Shown: one piece after another, positions 34,575 through 44,538 of the stretch
How the letters are laid out: each line of letters opens with the position of its first letter
How positions within the stretch are numbered: position 1 is the stretch's first letter
NCBI GenBank assembly: GCA_002314915.1
Contig: DCHU01000029.1
Coordinates: forward strand, 35,452 to 99,451
Source of the DNA: Bacillales bacterium UBA1744
GTDB lineage: Bacteria; Bacillota_I; Bacilli_A; RFN20; CAG-826
Direction: 5' to 3'
DNA length: 64,000 bases
Made by a program: the position numbers and the translations under genes
The notes under the pieces: generated by a model
What the model saw: the letters and a program-made list of their open reading frames with translations, nothing else
Databases searched by the model: none
Told to the model about the DNA's origin: nothing

Positions 34575-36182
34575 TTATCTTTTCTTGTTTTCGATACTTG
34601 CCTTGATAAAGCCTGCGAACATTGGGTTTGGCTTAAGAGGTCTAGATGTGAATTCTGGGTGGAACTGACCTGCAAGGAAGAATGGATGATCAGGTATTTC
34701 AATCATTTCGCAGAGGTTTCTCTGTGGGTTAATTCCTGCGAATACGACACCAGCATCTTCAAATGCCTTCTTGAAATCGTTGTTAAACTCATATCTGTGA
34801 CGGTGGCGCTCCTGGATATCGTGTGTGCCATAGCACTTGTAAGCGAGTGTGTTTTCATCTTCGATATGGCAGTCGTAGAGACCAAGACGGAGTGTTCCGC
34901 CCATATCGATTCCGGTGTACTGGTCTTTGAGTAAGTCAATGACAGGATACTTTGTATGCGGATCAAATTCCGTTGTGTTAGCGCCTTTATAACCTAAGAC
35001 GTTCTCTGCAAATTCTATTAATGCGAGCTGCATACCTAAGCAGATGCCAAGGAATGGTACCTTATTCTCTCTAGCGTATTTGATTGCAAGTTTCTTTCCG
35101 TCTGTTCCACGTTCTCCGAATCCGCCTGGAACAAGAATTCCATCGTAATCCTTGAGCAACTCTTCGACGTTATCCTTTGTGACATCCATGGACTTAATCC
35201 ATCCGATTTCAACGTTGTGATTGTTGTGCCAGCTGGCGTGCTTTAATGCAGATGAGACGGAAAGGTATGCGTCGTGTAATTCAACATATTTGCCAACAAG
35301 CGCGATTTTGACGGTTTCCTTTGAATTCTCAATCTTCTTAACGTAAGCGTTCCAGTCATCAATGTTTGCTGGAGGTACGTCTAATCTAAGATGATTGCAG
35401 ACGAAATCATCTACACCCTGATCATGAAGACATTGTGGAAGTCTATATAGGATGTCCATGTTGACTGCATCAAAAACACCACGTGATGGAATGTTGCAGA
35501 ACAGGGAGATTTTGTCTTTAGCGCCCTGTGGGACAGGAACTTCCGATCTCAAGATGACAGCGTCAGGCTGAATTCCCAATGAAAGGAGCTCTTTTACTGA
35601 GTGCTGAGTTGGTTTTGTTTTGATTTCGCCCGCTGCATGGAGGTATGGGACGAGCGTGTTATGCATGAACATGACGTTCTCGTAGCCGAGTTCGGCACGA
35701 GTCTGTCTCATGGATTCTAAATACGGGAGTGATTCGATATCACCTACGGTGCCACCGATTTCAACGATGACGACATCGGCGTTAGAGACTTTGGCCGCTT
35801 CCATGAATCTTGCGCGGATTTCATTGGTGACGTGAGGGATGACCTGAATGCAAGCGCCGAGATAATCTCCCCTTCTCTCTTTATCGATGACGGCCTTATA
35901 GACCTTGCCTGATGTGATTGATGACTCTTTTCTAAGGTTGATGTCAACCCATCTTTCGTAATGGCCGAAGTCCAAATCGGTTTCTCCTCCATCGTCGGTG
36001 ACGTAGACCTCACCGTGCTGGTAAGGCGACATGGTTCCTGGGTCGACGTTGAGATAAGGGTCACACTTAATCATGAAGACCTTAAGGCCTCTAGACTTCA
36101 AAAGCATGCCTAAAGAAGAGGCGAAGATGCCTTTGCCTAATGAGCTAACGACACCGCCTGTAACGAATATGAACTTGGACAT
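34575..36182 (-). CDS. pyrG: CTP synthase
   Basis: [18 protein letters not shown]..., a glutamine amidotransferase half with GICLGMQ, and a 535 aa length. Confidence 0.95.
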   Translation of the reverse strand: MSKFIFVTGGVVSSLGKGIFASSLGMLLKSRGLKVFMIKCDPYLNVDPGTMSPYQHGEVYVTDDGGETDLDFGHYERWVDINLRKESSITSGKVYKAVIDKERRGDYLGACIQVIPHVTNEIRARFMEAAKVSNADVVIVEIGGTVGDIESLPYLESMRQTRAELGYENVMFMHNTLVPYLHAAGEIKTKPTQHSVKELLSLGIQPDAVILRSEVPVPQGAKDKISLFCNIPSRGVFDAVNMDILYRLPQCLHDQGVDDFVCNHLRLDVPPANIDDWNAYVKKIENSKETVKIALVGKYVELHDAYLSVSSALKHASWHNNHNVEIGWIKSMDVTKDNVEELLKDYDGILVPGGFGERGTDGKKLAIKYARENKVPFLGICLGMQLALIEFAENVLGYKGANTTEFDPHTKYPVIDLLKDQYTGIDMGGTLRLGLYDCHIEDENTLAYKCYGTHDIQERHRHRYEFNNDFKKAFEDAGVVFAGINPQRNLCEMIEIPDHPFFLAGQFHPEFTSRPLKPNPMFAGFIKASIENKKR

Positions 36183-36292
36183 AACTGAACCTCCTTTCAG
36201 GATAGTCCTATTTAAAAAACTGTCCTCAATTCTAATTATTGATATAAAGAGGTCAATATTTTTTTATCGAAAACAGTAAATATTTTTGCGAG

Positions 36293-36973
36293 TTAGATTT
36301 CAGAGGCAACTTTGAAGCCGAGTGACGCACATTTTTCCTTAAGTGTCTCTGATTCGAAGTGCATCAGGATGAACTTGGAACGGAGGCTGTCTGGGACAAG
36401 TCTAGCGAGATCATCAATACCAATATGCATTGGAGACGATTTGGATGCTACCTCATGATAGATTCGATTGATTATTTTGCCTTTGAGGAGGTCTAAAGCG
36501 TCGAGTGAGAGGACAGATGTGTCTCCAGAATAGAAGAATCCGTCTTCTTTGTCTTTAACGACATAGCCGTAAGAATTCTGAATGTGGTATTGAGGGATAG
36601 CCTCGATATGAAGTCCGTTAAGGTTGAAAGCCTCCTCTTCAATCCAATTAACTTCACCTTTGTAGTTAAGCATCTTAATAAACGCTTCCAGAGGCTCTCT
36701 ATTCGGATAGATGATTGTGACATTGGTGATTTTGGTAAATATGCGGATATAGGTTAATAATGGTTCTAGTGAGCCAATGTGGTCCGCGTGCATATGTGTA
36801 ATAAAGATATTAACGGAGGTAACGCCATCCAAAAGGCCTAAATCAATGACTTTTGAAGCGATTTTCTCCCCCATATCGATGAAATAGATGGTTGAGCCAT
36901 CCTTCCAATAGCATGAATTGCAATCATCCTTGTATGAAAAGGCTGAGCCCACTCCTAAGAATTTGACGTCCAT
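36293..36973 (-). CDS. MBL-fold metallo-hydrolase
   Basis: It has the HxHxDH motif (THMHADHIGS). RBS GGAGG lies upstream. Confidence 0.75.
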   Translation of the reverse strand: MDVKFLGVGSAFSYKDDCNSCYWKDGSTIYFIDMGEKIASKVIDLGLLDGVTSVNIFITHMHADHIGSLEPLLTYIRIFTKITNVTIIYPNREPLEAFIKMLNYKGEVNWIEEEAFNLNGLHIEAIPQYHIQNSYGYVVKDKEDGFFYSGDTSVLSLDALDLLKGKIINRIYHEVASKSSPMHIGIDDLARLVPDSLRSKFILMHFESETLKEKCASLGFKVASEI

Positions 36974-37011
36974 ACGGTAACCTCCGAATTACATATAAAT
37001 ATATGGCAAAA

Positions 37012-37036
37012 GAAAAACGGCCTCAAGTGAGACCGT
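37012..37036 (-). terminator. Terminator after the aquaporin gene
   Basis: The minus strand reads ACGGTCTCACTTGAGGCCGT followed by TTTTTC. Confidence 0.7.
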
Positions 37037-37054
37037 TATATCTGTTTGGGGTTA

Positions 37055-37807
37055 TTAAGCAGCCTGCTCTGCTTTTGCTTTTGTGATGAGCTTGTAGACG
37101 ATAGCTGCAAGAGCGCCACCAGCGAGAGGAGCGAGGATCCAGATCCAGACCTGTGATAAGGATGTTGCATCTCCTGCGATTGCCTGGAGAACAGCTGGAG
37201 CAAGTGATCTTGCTGGGTTGACTGATGTGCCTGTGAAGCCTAAGCCGATGAGGTGGACGAGTGTTAATGCACCACCGATGACGAGGCCAGCCTGCTTGCC
37301 TTCATGGAACTTGGAGTCTGTGACGCCGAGGATTGCCATGACGAAGATGAATGTGAGAACGACTTCAACGACGAATGCGCCGATGTATGACCATGCGTTG
37401 AGTGTGTAGCCTGTTACGATGCCGAGTGAGTTGGTCTCAGGAACCATAAGGGCTGTCTGGATTGCGTTTCCGCCGAGTGAAGCGAATCCGCCTTTGTTGA
37501 TTAAGCATAAGCCTAAGAGTGCAGAACCGACGAATGCGCCGACAACCTGTGATCCGACGTATGCGAGGAATTCCTTGAGTGTCATCTTTCCGCTGATGAA
37601 CATAGCGATGGAGACTGCTGGGTTGATGTGACATCCAGAGACGTTTCCGATGCTATATGCCATCGCAACGATGACAAGTCCGAAAGCGACAGAGGTTGCA
37701 ATCCACCATGAGTCTGATCCGCCTGCTACAACAGCAACGCCGCATGCAGCAAAGCATAATACTGCAGTGCCGATTACCTCAGCAATGCACTTTTTGATTA
37801 AGTTCAT
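37055..37807 (-). CDS. MIP-family channel (aquaporin/glycerol facilitator)
   Basis: It has two NPA boxes (HINPAVS, SVNPARS) and six TMs. Confidence 0.9.
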   Translation of the reverse strand: MNLIKKCIAEVIGTAVLCFAACGVAVVAGGSDSWWIATSVAFGLVIVAMAYSIGNVSGCHINPAVSIAMFISGKMTLKEFLAYVGSQVVGAFVGSALLGLCLINKGGFASLGGNAIQTALMVPETNSLGIVTGYTLNAWSYIGAFVVEVVLTFIFVMAILGVTDSKFHEGKQAGLVIGGALTLVHLIGLGFTGTSVNPARSLAPAVLQAIAGDATSLSQVWIWILAPLAGGALAAIVYKLITKAKAEQAA

Positions 37808-37863
37808 AATGAACCTCCTAATTGTTAAATTAATTTTAGTTTCACTTCGGTTGTTTGTTAATA

Positions 37864-37891
37864 GAAAAAACGAGTTTTTTGCGCTCGTTTT
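37864..37891 (-). terminator. Terminator after the lipoprotein gene
   Basis: The minus strand reads AAAACGAGCGCAAAAAACTCGTTTT followed by TTC. Confidence 0.7.
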
Positions 37892-37901
37892 GCTCTATTT
37901 T

Positions 37902-38984
37902 TTAGAAATTGATTTCAATGTGTCCGCCGTGATAGGAACGATCGGTGTCACCCTTATCACCTTTTTCGCTTCCGTAGTCGGAATAATGGCTGAAGTCGAG
38001 GCCGCAGTTGATGTACTGGCCAATTTCTTCTTCTGTGAGTTTTGTGACTTTTGTCTTGTTATAGCTGAAGTTCATCTCAACTGAGAAGACAGATTTAGTT
38101 ACTTTGTAATTGAGTAATGATGTCAACTTTGAAAGAACTGAGTCATCAAGCATCTCTGACTTGTTGAATTTGACTGACGTGAACACCTTGTCCACTACGT
38201 TCATGGCAACTGTAGCAACGCCTTCATCTAAAGTGATGTCTGCGGTAACAATGTTTCCTTTTGTGGATGTTACTGCAACCTTTCCTTCGTCAAGCAACTG
38301 GTCGATAACGTCTTTGACGCTGAGTTCTGAATCATGGCGAAGCTTGACGTTTGATGCCATCGATACGAAGTAATCGCTGAATTCTGAATACGCTCTTTCA
38401 AGGTCGATGTTGTATGCGAGGTTTGCCTGAATGCTTCCGAGCCAGTTGTTTGTGGCTGTTTGCTTTGCAAAGAGTGTGCCATCCTGATAATTCAAGCCGA
38501 TGCTTTCAGATCCTGCGTGGAGGAGATTGTCCTGATACTCATGTGAGAGTGATGCGTCGAGGAGGAATCCTGATTCTGTCTTTTCGAAGTCGACTGTGTA
38601 GTTCTGCTTATCGATCTGATGCGTTATTTCTTGATCGTTGAGTGATACGGCGAACTCGAAGTCGAGCTTGTAGTCGGCATGGAAAGAGTTGATCTCCAAT
38701 GTCTCAGCAGGCTCGACTTCTGTGACTGAAGACTCAGGAGTCTCACTGTCCACAGATGGAATGTCAGAATCTTCAAATCTGGCTTTGGCTTTTTGAGTTG
38801 AAGAGGTAGTTGATTCTGCCGCTGCTAGGTTTGCATCTGACTGAGTGTAGATATTTGAGAAGTTTTCTTTGTCCTTTGCGGATGTGATGACTCCCTTGTC
38901 GAATTCTTTTGAGGCTTCTCCGCCTAACGAGCATCCCATTAAGAGGAACGCAGGTAATAATACGAGTAATTTGTTTGCTTTCAT
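37902..38984 (-). CDS. Lipoprotein paralogous to the ectodomain of the adjacent anti-sigma-like protein
   Basis: I trimmed the track ORF (39215) to the ATG at 38984, after AAGGAG. The lipobox is MKANKLLVLLPAFLLMGC. It aligns by eye with 39088..40227 (FHADYKLDF/YHVDYKLHY; YQDGTLFAKQ/YRDGRLYTKQ; C-terminal RSYHGGH in both). Confidence 0.75.
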   Translation of the reverse strand: MKANKLLVLLPAFLLMGCSLGGEASKEFDKGVITSAKDKENFSNIYTQSDANLAAAESTTSSTQKAKARFEDSDIPSVDSETPESSVTEVEPAETLEINSFHADYKLDFEFAVSLNDQEITHQIDKQNYTVDFEKTESGFLLDASLSHEYQDNLLHAGSESIGLNYQDGTLFAKQTATNNWLGSIQANLAYNIDLERAYSEFSDYFVSMASNVKLRHDSELSVKDVIDQLLDEGKVAVTSTKGNIVTADITLDEGVATVAMNVVDKVFTSVKFNKSEMLDDSVLSKLTSLLNYKVTKSVFSVEMNFSYNKTKVTKLTEEEIGQYINCGLDFSHYSDYGSEKGDKGDTDRSYHGGHIEINF

Positions 38985-39003
38985 TTTGTTTCTAAGCTCC
39001 TTA

Positions 39004-39018
39004 CACCAAATGTAACGA
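39004..39018 (-). promoter_or_regulatory. Shared upstream motif (copy 1), candidate ECF-type promoter element
   Basis: The minus strand reads TTCGTTACATTTGGT about 20 nt upstream of the lipoprotein ATG. A near-identical TTCGTTACATTGGT lies upstream of the sigma gene. Confidence 0.4.
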
Positions 39019-39050
39019 AGGAGATATTCGAAATTATTGAGAAAAGTTTT

Positions 39051-39082
39051 GAAAAAATAAAAAACTGCCAAATTTGGCAGTT
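39051..39082 (-). terminator. Terminator after the anti-sigma-like gene
   Basis: The perfect palindrome AACTGCCAAATTTGGCAGTT is followed on the minus strand by TTTTTATTTTTT. Confidence 0.8.
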
Positions 39083-39087
39083 CCTTA

Positions 39088-40227
39088 TTAATAAGAAGTC
39101 TTGTTATGTCCACCGTGGTATGAACGGGATTCACTGTAACCATCATCGGTTTCTTTATCAAATGCGCTGTAATGGAGGAGGTCGGAGAGTCCGATATAAT
39201 CGCTTTCCACGACATCGCTGACTTTCACGTCGTCGTCATACTTGAAGTTTAACTCACATGAGAACTCGTATTTATCTAGTGACACGAGCGGGTTGTCTTC
39301 GATCGTGATCTCTGTTTTGAGTTTGGAGTAATCGAAGCGGATTCCGTTGAATCTTCCGTTATCTGTGTCGATGTTCGTTGTGATAAGGGCCTCATCGGTG
39401 TCGGTTGCCACTTTAATGGAATGAGGTTTAGTCTCAACTACTTCTGCTTCTCCTTTGTTGATGATGGAGTTGATGAGAGCGATGTTTTCGTCATCTGAGA
39501 GATTTGAGAATCTAGCGTTCTCAAGCATTGAGATAAAGTATTCAGGGAACTTATTGAAAATGTCGTTCTTTCCGATGGTGTAGTAATAATTGATGTCAAT
39601 TTTGAAGTTATCAATCAAGGTTGTTGACCAGGAAACGGATTGTTTCGTGTATAGGCGTCCATCTCTATATATCGCATTGATGTTATGGCTTGCGACATAA
39701 TGAGTTAATGGAGTATCCTCGGCAAGCGTAACAGCGCTACTCATCTCGAATCTCGTCCCGTTGGTATCCTGAATGAAGTCGAATGAGTAAGCCTCATCAT
39801 CGCTCTCGGACCAAGTCATTCCGATTGCAGTTGCTTCCATTGCATAATGGAGTTTGTAATCGACGTGATATGAGTATTCTGTTAAGTCATTGGCTCTCTT
39901 GGCTTTTTTGTTTGTGTTGCCGTTCTCAAGGTTTGCAAGAGTTGTGTATGAGTTGGAATAAAGAGCGGATGCCTTTGCTTTCTTTTCTGGATCTGTGATT
40001 TTGCCAGTTGCGAAATCAGGGTTTGTTGAACCCATTGGGATGATGATAGCGGCAACAATTCCAGCGGTTAAACCTAAGGCGAATAAGGATGATAAAGAGG
40101 CAATTAAAGGGGTTTTTGATGATTTTTTCTCGGATTTAAGCTCTAATTTGGCCGCCAATTCCTCGAAATGGTCTTCTGCGACGAATTTGGATTCGACATC
40201 TTTTCTGTACTTGTCTTCCGTTCTCAT
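39088..40227 (-). CDS. Anti-sigma-factor-like single-pass membrane protein
   Basis: Its start overlaps the sigma gene stop by 4 nt. It has a short cytoplasmic N-terminus, one TM (LIASLSSLFALGLTAGIVAAIIIP) and a large ectodomain. No zinc-finger anti-sigma motif is present. Confidence 0.6.
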   Translation of the reverse strand: MRTEDKYRKDVESKFVAEDHFEELAAKLELKSEKKSSKTPLIASLSSLFALGLTAGIVAAIIIPMGSTNPDFATGKITDPEKKAKASALYSNSYTTLANLENGNTNKKAKRANDLTEYSYHVDYKLHYAMEATAIGMTWSESDDEAYSFDFIQDTNGTRFEMSSAVTLAEDTPLTHYVASHNINAIYRDGRLYTKQSVSWSTTLIDNFKIDINYYYTIGKNDIFNKFPEYFISMLENARFSNLSDDENIALINSIINKGEAEVVETKPHSIKVATDTDEALITTNIDTDNGRFNGIRFDYSKLKTEITIEDNPLVSLDKYEFSCELNFKYDDDVKVSDVVESDYIGLSDLLHYSAFDKETDDGYSESRSYHGGHNKTSY

Positions 40228-40739
40228 TTCTCTTTCTCCTTGTAGTAATCTTTAAGCTTCTTTATTGCCTTGTAGTATTTGCCTTGTATCGTTCCAAGCG
40301 TTTCTTTTGTTTCGTCTGCGATTTCTTGGAACGTGTAATCGTAGACGACTTTCAGTGCGACAATGCTCGCTTCATCAACCTCTAATACTTTATTGAGGGT
40401 GATCGTCAGTTCTGCATCATTCAGGTCCTCGGTGGAGATGGAGTCTATCATCTCATCGGTCGCTGACGCTCGTTTCGTCTTCCTTCGGTATAGGTCGATC
40501 GCCTCGTTTTCTGCCATTCTTGACAGGAGTTGTTTGATCGATGAGTCATCATCCACTCCTTCTATGTTCTCCATGAACTTGATGAATGTCTGTTGCGTCA
40601 CATCTTCTGCGTCTTCCTTGTTGTTGAGCACCGAGTAGGCTCGATAGAAGACGAGGTTTTTGTATTGATGGTAGACAATATCAAAAGCTTCGAGCGACTT
40701 CCGTTTTAGGCGTTTAATCAGCTTTGAATCTTTCCCCAT
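40224..40739 (-). CDS. ECF-type sigma-70 family RNA polymerase sigma factor
   Basis: Region 2 is AEDVTQQTFIKF...NEAIDLYRRK and region 4 is YTFQEIADETKETLGTIQGKYYKAIKKLK. It is 171 aa. Confidence 0.8.
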   Translation of the reverse strand: MGKDSKLIKRLKRKSLEAFDIVYHQYKNLVFYRAYSVLNNKEDAEDVTQQTFIKFMENIEGVDDDSSIKQLLSRMAENEAIDLYRRKTKRASATDEMIDSISTEDLNDAELTITLNKVLEVDEASIVALKVVYDYTFQEIADETKETLGTIQGKYYKAIKKLKDYYKEKEK

Positions 40740-40750
40740 ATCTACCTCTC

Positions 40751-40766
40751 AACCAATGTAACGAAT
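40751..40766 (-). promoter_or_regulatory. Shared upstream motif (copy 2), candidate autoregulated ECF promoter element
   Basis: The minus strand reads ATTCGTTACATTGGTT about 12 nt upstream of the sigma ATG. Confidence 0.4.
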
Positions 40767-40837
40767 ATCTATCCTTATTTTATTTAAGAAATTTGCAATG
40801 TTCCGTAATATTACTCCCATTCGTTTCTAAAACGAAC

Positions 40838-40861
40838 AAAAAAGGCCGGTTTGCACCGACC
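40838..40861 (-). terminator. Terminator after the TlpA-like lipoprotein gene
   Basis: The minus strand reads GGTCGGTGCAAACCGGCC followed by TTTTTTG. Confidence 0.7.
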
Positions 40862-40866
40862 ATTTA

Positions 40867-41715
40867 TTACTGTTGTATCTCAAATGAGTTTTTCTTGTAG
40901 AACACCGGTTCGTAATCATCCCCGGTGAAGGAATCTATTAGGTTAGAGAATTCCTGGGAATCAAGAATCTGTCCATTCATCAAGAAACAGATGAATCCAT
41001 ATCTATCGATAATCGCTGTTGTAGGGAATGATGTGACTCCATATCCGCCTGTCATGTTATCGTAGTCGTATGCGATGTCGAAGTTGAAACCCTTATCCTC
41101 TTTTGCCTGGCACAAGAGTTCATCGGTTCCATCTTTCTTGTCGTAGTAATCTACGCCCAACATATATGCACCGTTGTCCTTGTGTGGAGCATAAGCTTTG
41201 GTTATGCATGGTGCTTCCATATCGCAAGCGGAGCAGTCGATGTACCAGAAGTTGAGAATCAGGCAATCGTTTGTCCTGAGTTTATCTTTGAGAGTTATAA
41301 GCTCTTTCTGAACCTTCCCATCTTCAGTTTTCTCAAGCGTCATAAAGGAATAATCATATGCGATATTGCCAATTCCGATTGTCGTTCCTCTTTCAAGAGG
41401 CTTACTGATGAGTTCTGACTCAAGAACAATCGTGTAGTCCGTCATGCCATCGAGTTTGAACGATTCAATTTTTGAATATCCGTCAGGAAGTGATTTGAAT
41501 TCAACGGTACCAATTGCGGAGGCGTTTTTCAAAACGGCACTGCCTTTGTAGTTGGTGACGTATGACTTTCCGTTTAACGAAAGTTCAACGCCTTCAACTG
41601 GAAGGTTGTGTCTATTGATAATGGTAACAGTGATTGGGACTGATTTTGAGCAGCCGACCAAGGAAGCTAACATCATCGCGATAGGTAATATGGCGATTTT
41701 AGCGTATTTTTTCAT
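40867..41715 (-). CDS. Lipoprotein with C-terminal TlpA/ResA-like thioredoxin domain
   Basis: The lipobox is MKKYAKIAILPIAMMLASLVGC. The redox motif is LILNFWYIDCSACDMEAP, followed by SFPTTAIIDRYGFI. Confidence 0.75.
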   Translation of the reverse strand: MKKYAKIAILPIAMMLASLVGCSKSVPITVTIINRHNLPVEGVELSLNGKSYVTNYKGSAVLKNASAIGTVEFKSLPDGYSKIESFKLDGMTDYTIVLESELISKPLERGTTIGIGNIAYDYSFMTLEKTEDGKVQKELITLKDKLRTNDCLILNFWYIDCSACDMEAPCITKAYAPHKDNGAYMLGVDYYDKKDGTDELLCQAKEDKGFNFDIAYDYDNMTGGYGVTSFPTTAIIDRYGFICFLMNGQILDSQEFSNLIDSFTGDDYEPVFYKKNSFEIQQ

Positions 41716-41720
41716 AGTTT

Positions 41721-43577
41721 TTAGAATTCTTTGTATGCCATTACGAGGAACATGACTTTCTTGCCTTCGAGCATCAATACTGCCTGAGCGCCGAGTTTGT
41801 CTTCGCCAGCATAGTATAAATCATTTTCGTAATCACCCTTAAATGTGTAATCAGGATCGAGGTCCCAACCGGAGTTTACGAATGCCTTCGAGATTGCCGT
41901 TGCTGCTGCAAGAGCCTCTTCCTGGGTCTCATATGTGAGGGCGTACATGTATCCGAAGTACACTTCTTCGTACTTGTAGACGTACTCAGCTTTGTAGAAG
42001 TCAGTCATATCGGAGAATCCGACACGTGATGCTTCTTTGAGCGTCGTTGGGAGCTCAGGGAACATGTTGTAATCTTTGTGGATTGAGTTGAACTGGCTGA
42101 CGAATGTGGACCACTCGGTGTCATCGCCATAGTCAGTTGTCATTGGTTCTGTTGCGTAGAGGGAAATCGAGAAACTTGCCGTATTTGGCTTGTTGTCGAT
42201 TTCGATGAAATATGAGTATCCACCGTTTGAGATGTAATAAAGAACGCTGTTGTCTGTTCCAAGTTTGGAATCATCGAATGAGATGAATCCAGAGTTCTCT
42301 AACTTTGTTGCATATGCCTGGAGATTCTCTAATGCCACTTCTGCACTTGAGTATTCAGATGAGAATGTGTCTAAGAAATAGAATCCAAGGGTTGGCGCAT
42401 ATGATGAGTAATCGGTGTAGACGAATGAGATATCTTCGGTTGATGTGAAGTCAACGATTGGTTCTAGTTCGCATTCCGTTGCTCTCTTGTTTTTGAACGT
42501 GTTGAATCTAGCGATGCTGTATATTTCTTCGGAAGCATAGCTTAACTTGAACTGGCCCTGTGGATAGTAGGTCGTGTAGTAGTCTTTCTCATAGTAATAA
42601 TCATCGAGATAATCACCTGAGATCCAGGCAGCCTGAACATACTGTTTCTTGACGAGTTCTCCGTTATCTAAAATGTCTCTGTGGTAAATCTTTGACTCGA
42701 AGCCGACCTTCTTTGTTGAGTCGTTGTCTGTTTCGTGCGAGTCAAGAGTCCAACCAGCGTTAGCGAGTGTATCGCCGAATGAGGAAACGACGTTTCCACA
42801 TCCAAGGTCTGTTAAGACTCTCTGGCTGTCATTAACTGTAACGGCGTATGAAGCGTCGTACATTGGGAGAGCTTCACCCAAAAGATCAACCATATCCGCT
42901 TTCATAGATGCTGGATAATCCGTGATTTTCTCCATTTTGGTTGGGTTTGCTAAATAGGCTTCAACAACAGCGTCTTTCGTGTTTCCGATGTCGGAGAAGT
43001 CGAGGTTTACATCATATTCGGAGAAGCTGAACTTGATGTTAGCGGTTGAGCAATCCTTATGTGAAGGGAATGTGAGAGTAATCTTGTTGTCGATAATCTT
43101 GTCGGCAAGTGACGATTCTCCTCCAAGGAATGCAGCATAGTAGACGATGTCCTTGTCTGTTGTTGTGTAGACGTTCATGTCTTCATCATCCTGCTCCCAA
43201 GCATCGATGTCTTCGAATAACTTGGCTGGGTAATATGTTAAATCGCTGATTTTGAGATTTGCGTTGATTGTCTCGCAATAGTCGATGGAGATGTTTTCTC
43301 CATAATAAAATCTGAATGAGCCTTGCTCGGTTCTGAGATATCCAACGTCTTTCTTATCGAAATCCTGCTCGTATGCTTTGCTGAAATCATAGAAGAATGC
43401 ATCATCTCCTAAGAAATATGTCTGCCACAATCCATCAACATCGATTGTGCAGTTTCCGGCCTTCAATGAATCGGCGAATTTTTCGATGACTGTTCTAGTG
43501 TCTTTTGTCTGTCCGCAGCCTGCGAGAAGCATGGTAGCGGAGGCAAGAGTAACCATTAATTTATTAAATTTCTTCAT
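41721..43577 (-). CDS. Large lipoprotein, unknown function
   Basis: I trimmed the start to the ATG at 43577, after GAAGGAGAC. The lipobox is MKKFNKLMVTLASATMLLAGC. Confidence 0.7.
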   Translation of the reverse strand: MKKFNKLMVTLASATMLLAGCGQTKDTRTVIEKFADSLKAGNCTIDVDGLWQTYFLGDDAFFYDFSKAYEQDFDKKDVGYLRTEQGSFRFYYGENISIDYCETINANLKISDLTYYPAKLFEDIDAWEQDDEDMNVYTTTDKDIVYYAAFLGGESSLADKIIDNKITLTFPSHKDCSTANIKFSFSEYDVNLDFSDIGNTKDAVVEAYLANPTKMEKITDYPASMKADMVDLLGEALPMYDASYAVTVNDSQRVLTDLGCGNVVSSFGDTLANAGWTLDSHETDNDSTKKVGFESKIYHRDILDNGELVKKQYVQAAWISGDYLDDYYYEKDYYTTYYPQGQFKLSYASEEIYSIARFNTFKNKRATECELEPIVDFTSTEDISFVYTDYSSYAPTLGFYFLDTFSSEYSSAEVALENLQAYATKLENSGFISFDDSKLGTDNSVLYYISNGGYSYFIEIDNKPNTASFSISLYATEPMTTDYGDDTEWSTFVSQFNSIHKDYNMFPELPTTLKEASRVGFSDMTDFYKAEYVYKYEEVYFGYMYALTYETQEEALAAATAISKAFVNSGWDLDPDYTFKGDYENDLYYAGEDKLGAQAVLMLEGKKVMFLVMAYKEF

Positions 43578-43722
43578 AGTCGTCTCCTTCGTCACGAGGG
43601 AAACAATAAAGGCAAACGGACTTTAAATCAACCATAAAAGGTTAATTTAGGGGCAAAAAGGTGCTTTTTAGACAGAAAGTAAATAAAAAAGAGAGCCAAT
43701 GGCCCTCTTATTTATCGTTTTC

Positions 43723-44448
43723 TTATTTTGAAGCGTAGTAGTCTCTAGCGACGTCACATGCGACGTTGATCATGTCGACGAGCGATGTCTGTCTCTCTTC
43801 TGAAGTCAAGATTCCAGGAGCGACGAATGAGTCTGAGATTGTGCAAACGGCGAGTGCTTTCTTGCCGAGTCCTGCAGCGATGCAGTAGAGAGCGTATGCT
43901 TCCATTTCAACTGCGATGACTCCCATCTTGGCCCACTTCTTCCAGCCATCTGTATCTGGGTTGTAGAAGCAGTTTGCGGATAAGACGTTTCCGACCTTTG
44001 AAACGATGTTGTTCTTCTTTGCTGAATTTGCAGCGCTAACTAATAAGTCAAAGTCTGCGATTGCTGAATATGAGCAAGTTGGGAATAAGTAATTGGTCAA
44101 TGGGTTGCTGTCGTGGCATGCTGCCTGAGCGATGACGACTGACTTGAGTGGGCACTCTGCGGAATATGATCCTGCTGTGCCAACACGGATGATGACCTCT
44201 ACTCCATACTCAGCGAATAATTCCTGAGCGTAGATGCTGATTGATGGGACTCCCATGCCTGAAGGCATAACTGAGATTGGAGTACCGTCTTCAAGTTCTC
44301 CTGTGTATGCTGTCATTCCTCTGACATCATTTACTTTTTTGGCGTTCTTGAAGAATGTGTTTGCGATCCATTCTGCTCTTCTTGGATCTCCTGGCATTAA
44401 GACGACTTTAGCGAATGAACCCGCTGGTGCACCGATGTGTATGGACAT
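43723..44448 (-). CDS. deoD: Purine nucleoside phosphorylase, DeoD type
   Basis: VVLMPGDPRRAEWIA...NDVRGM...GMGVPSISIYAQEL...IIRVGTAG aligns with E. coli DeoD motifs. Confidence 0.9.
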   Translation of the reverse strand: MSIHIGAPAGSFAKVVLMPGDPRRAEWIANTFFKNAKKVNDVRGMTAYTGELEDGTPISVMPSGMGVPSISIYAQELFAEYGVEVIIRVGTAGSYSAECPLKSVVIAQAACHDSNPLTNYLFPTCSYSAIADFDLLVSAANSAKKNNIVSKVGNVLSANCFYNPDTDGWKKWAKMGVIAVEMEAYALYCIAAGLGKKALAVCTISDSFVAPGILTSEERQTSLVDMINVACDVARDYYASK

Positions 44449-44538
44449 AGTTATTTCCTCTATTTCTGCTACTAGTATAACAAAGTTAGCCCATTACGAT
44501 ATATGAGTTATGAGTAAAAAGAAAGAGGCAAATCGCCT

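Noticed and set aside
37650-38084. 144-aa + strand ORF across the aquaporin 5' end and the intergenic terminator; similarly 47920-48405
   Set aside because: Both are antisense to well-supported genes and run through terminator hairpins. They have no RBS.
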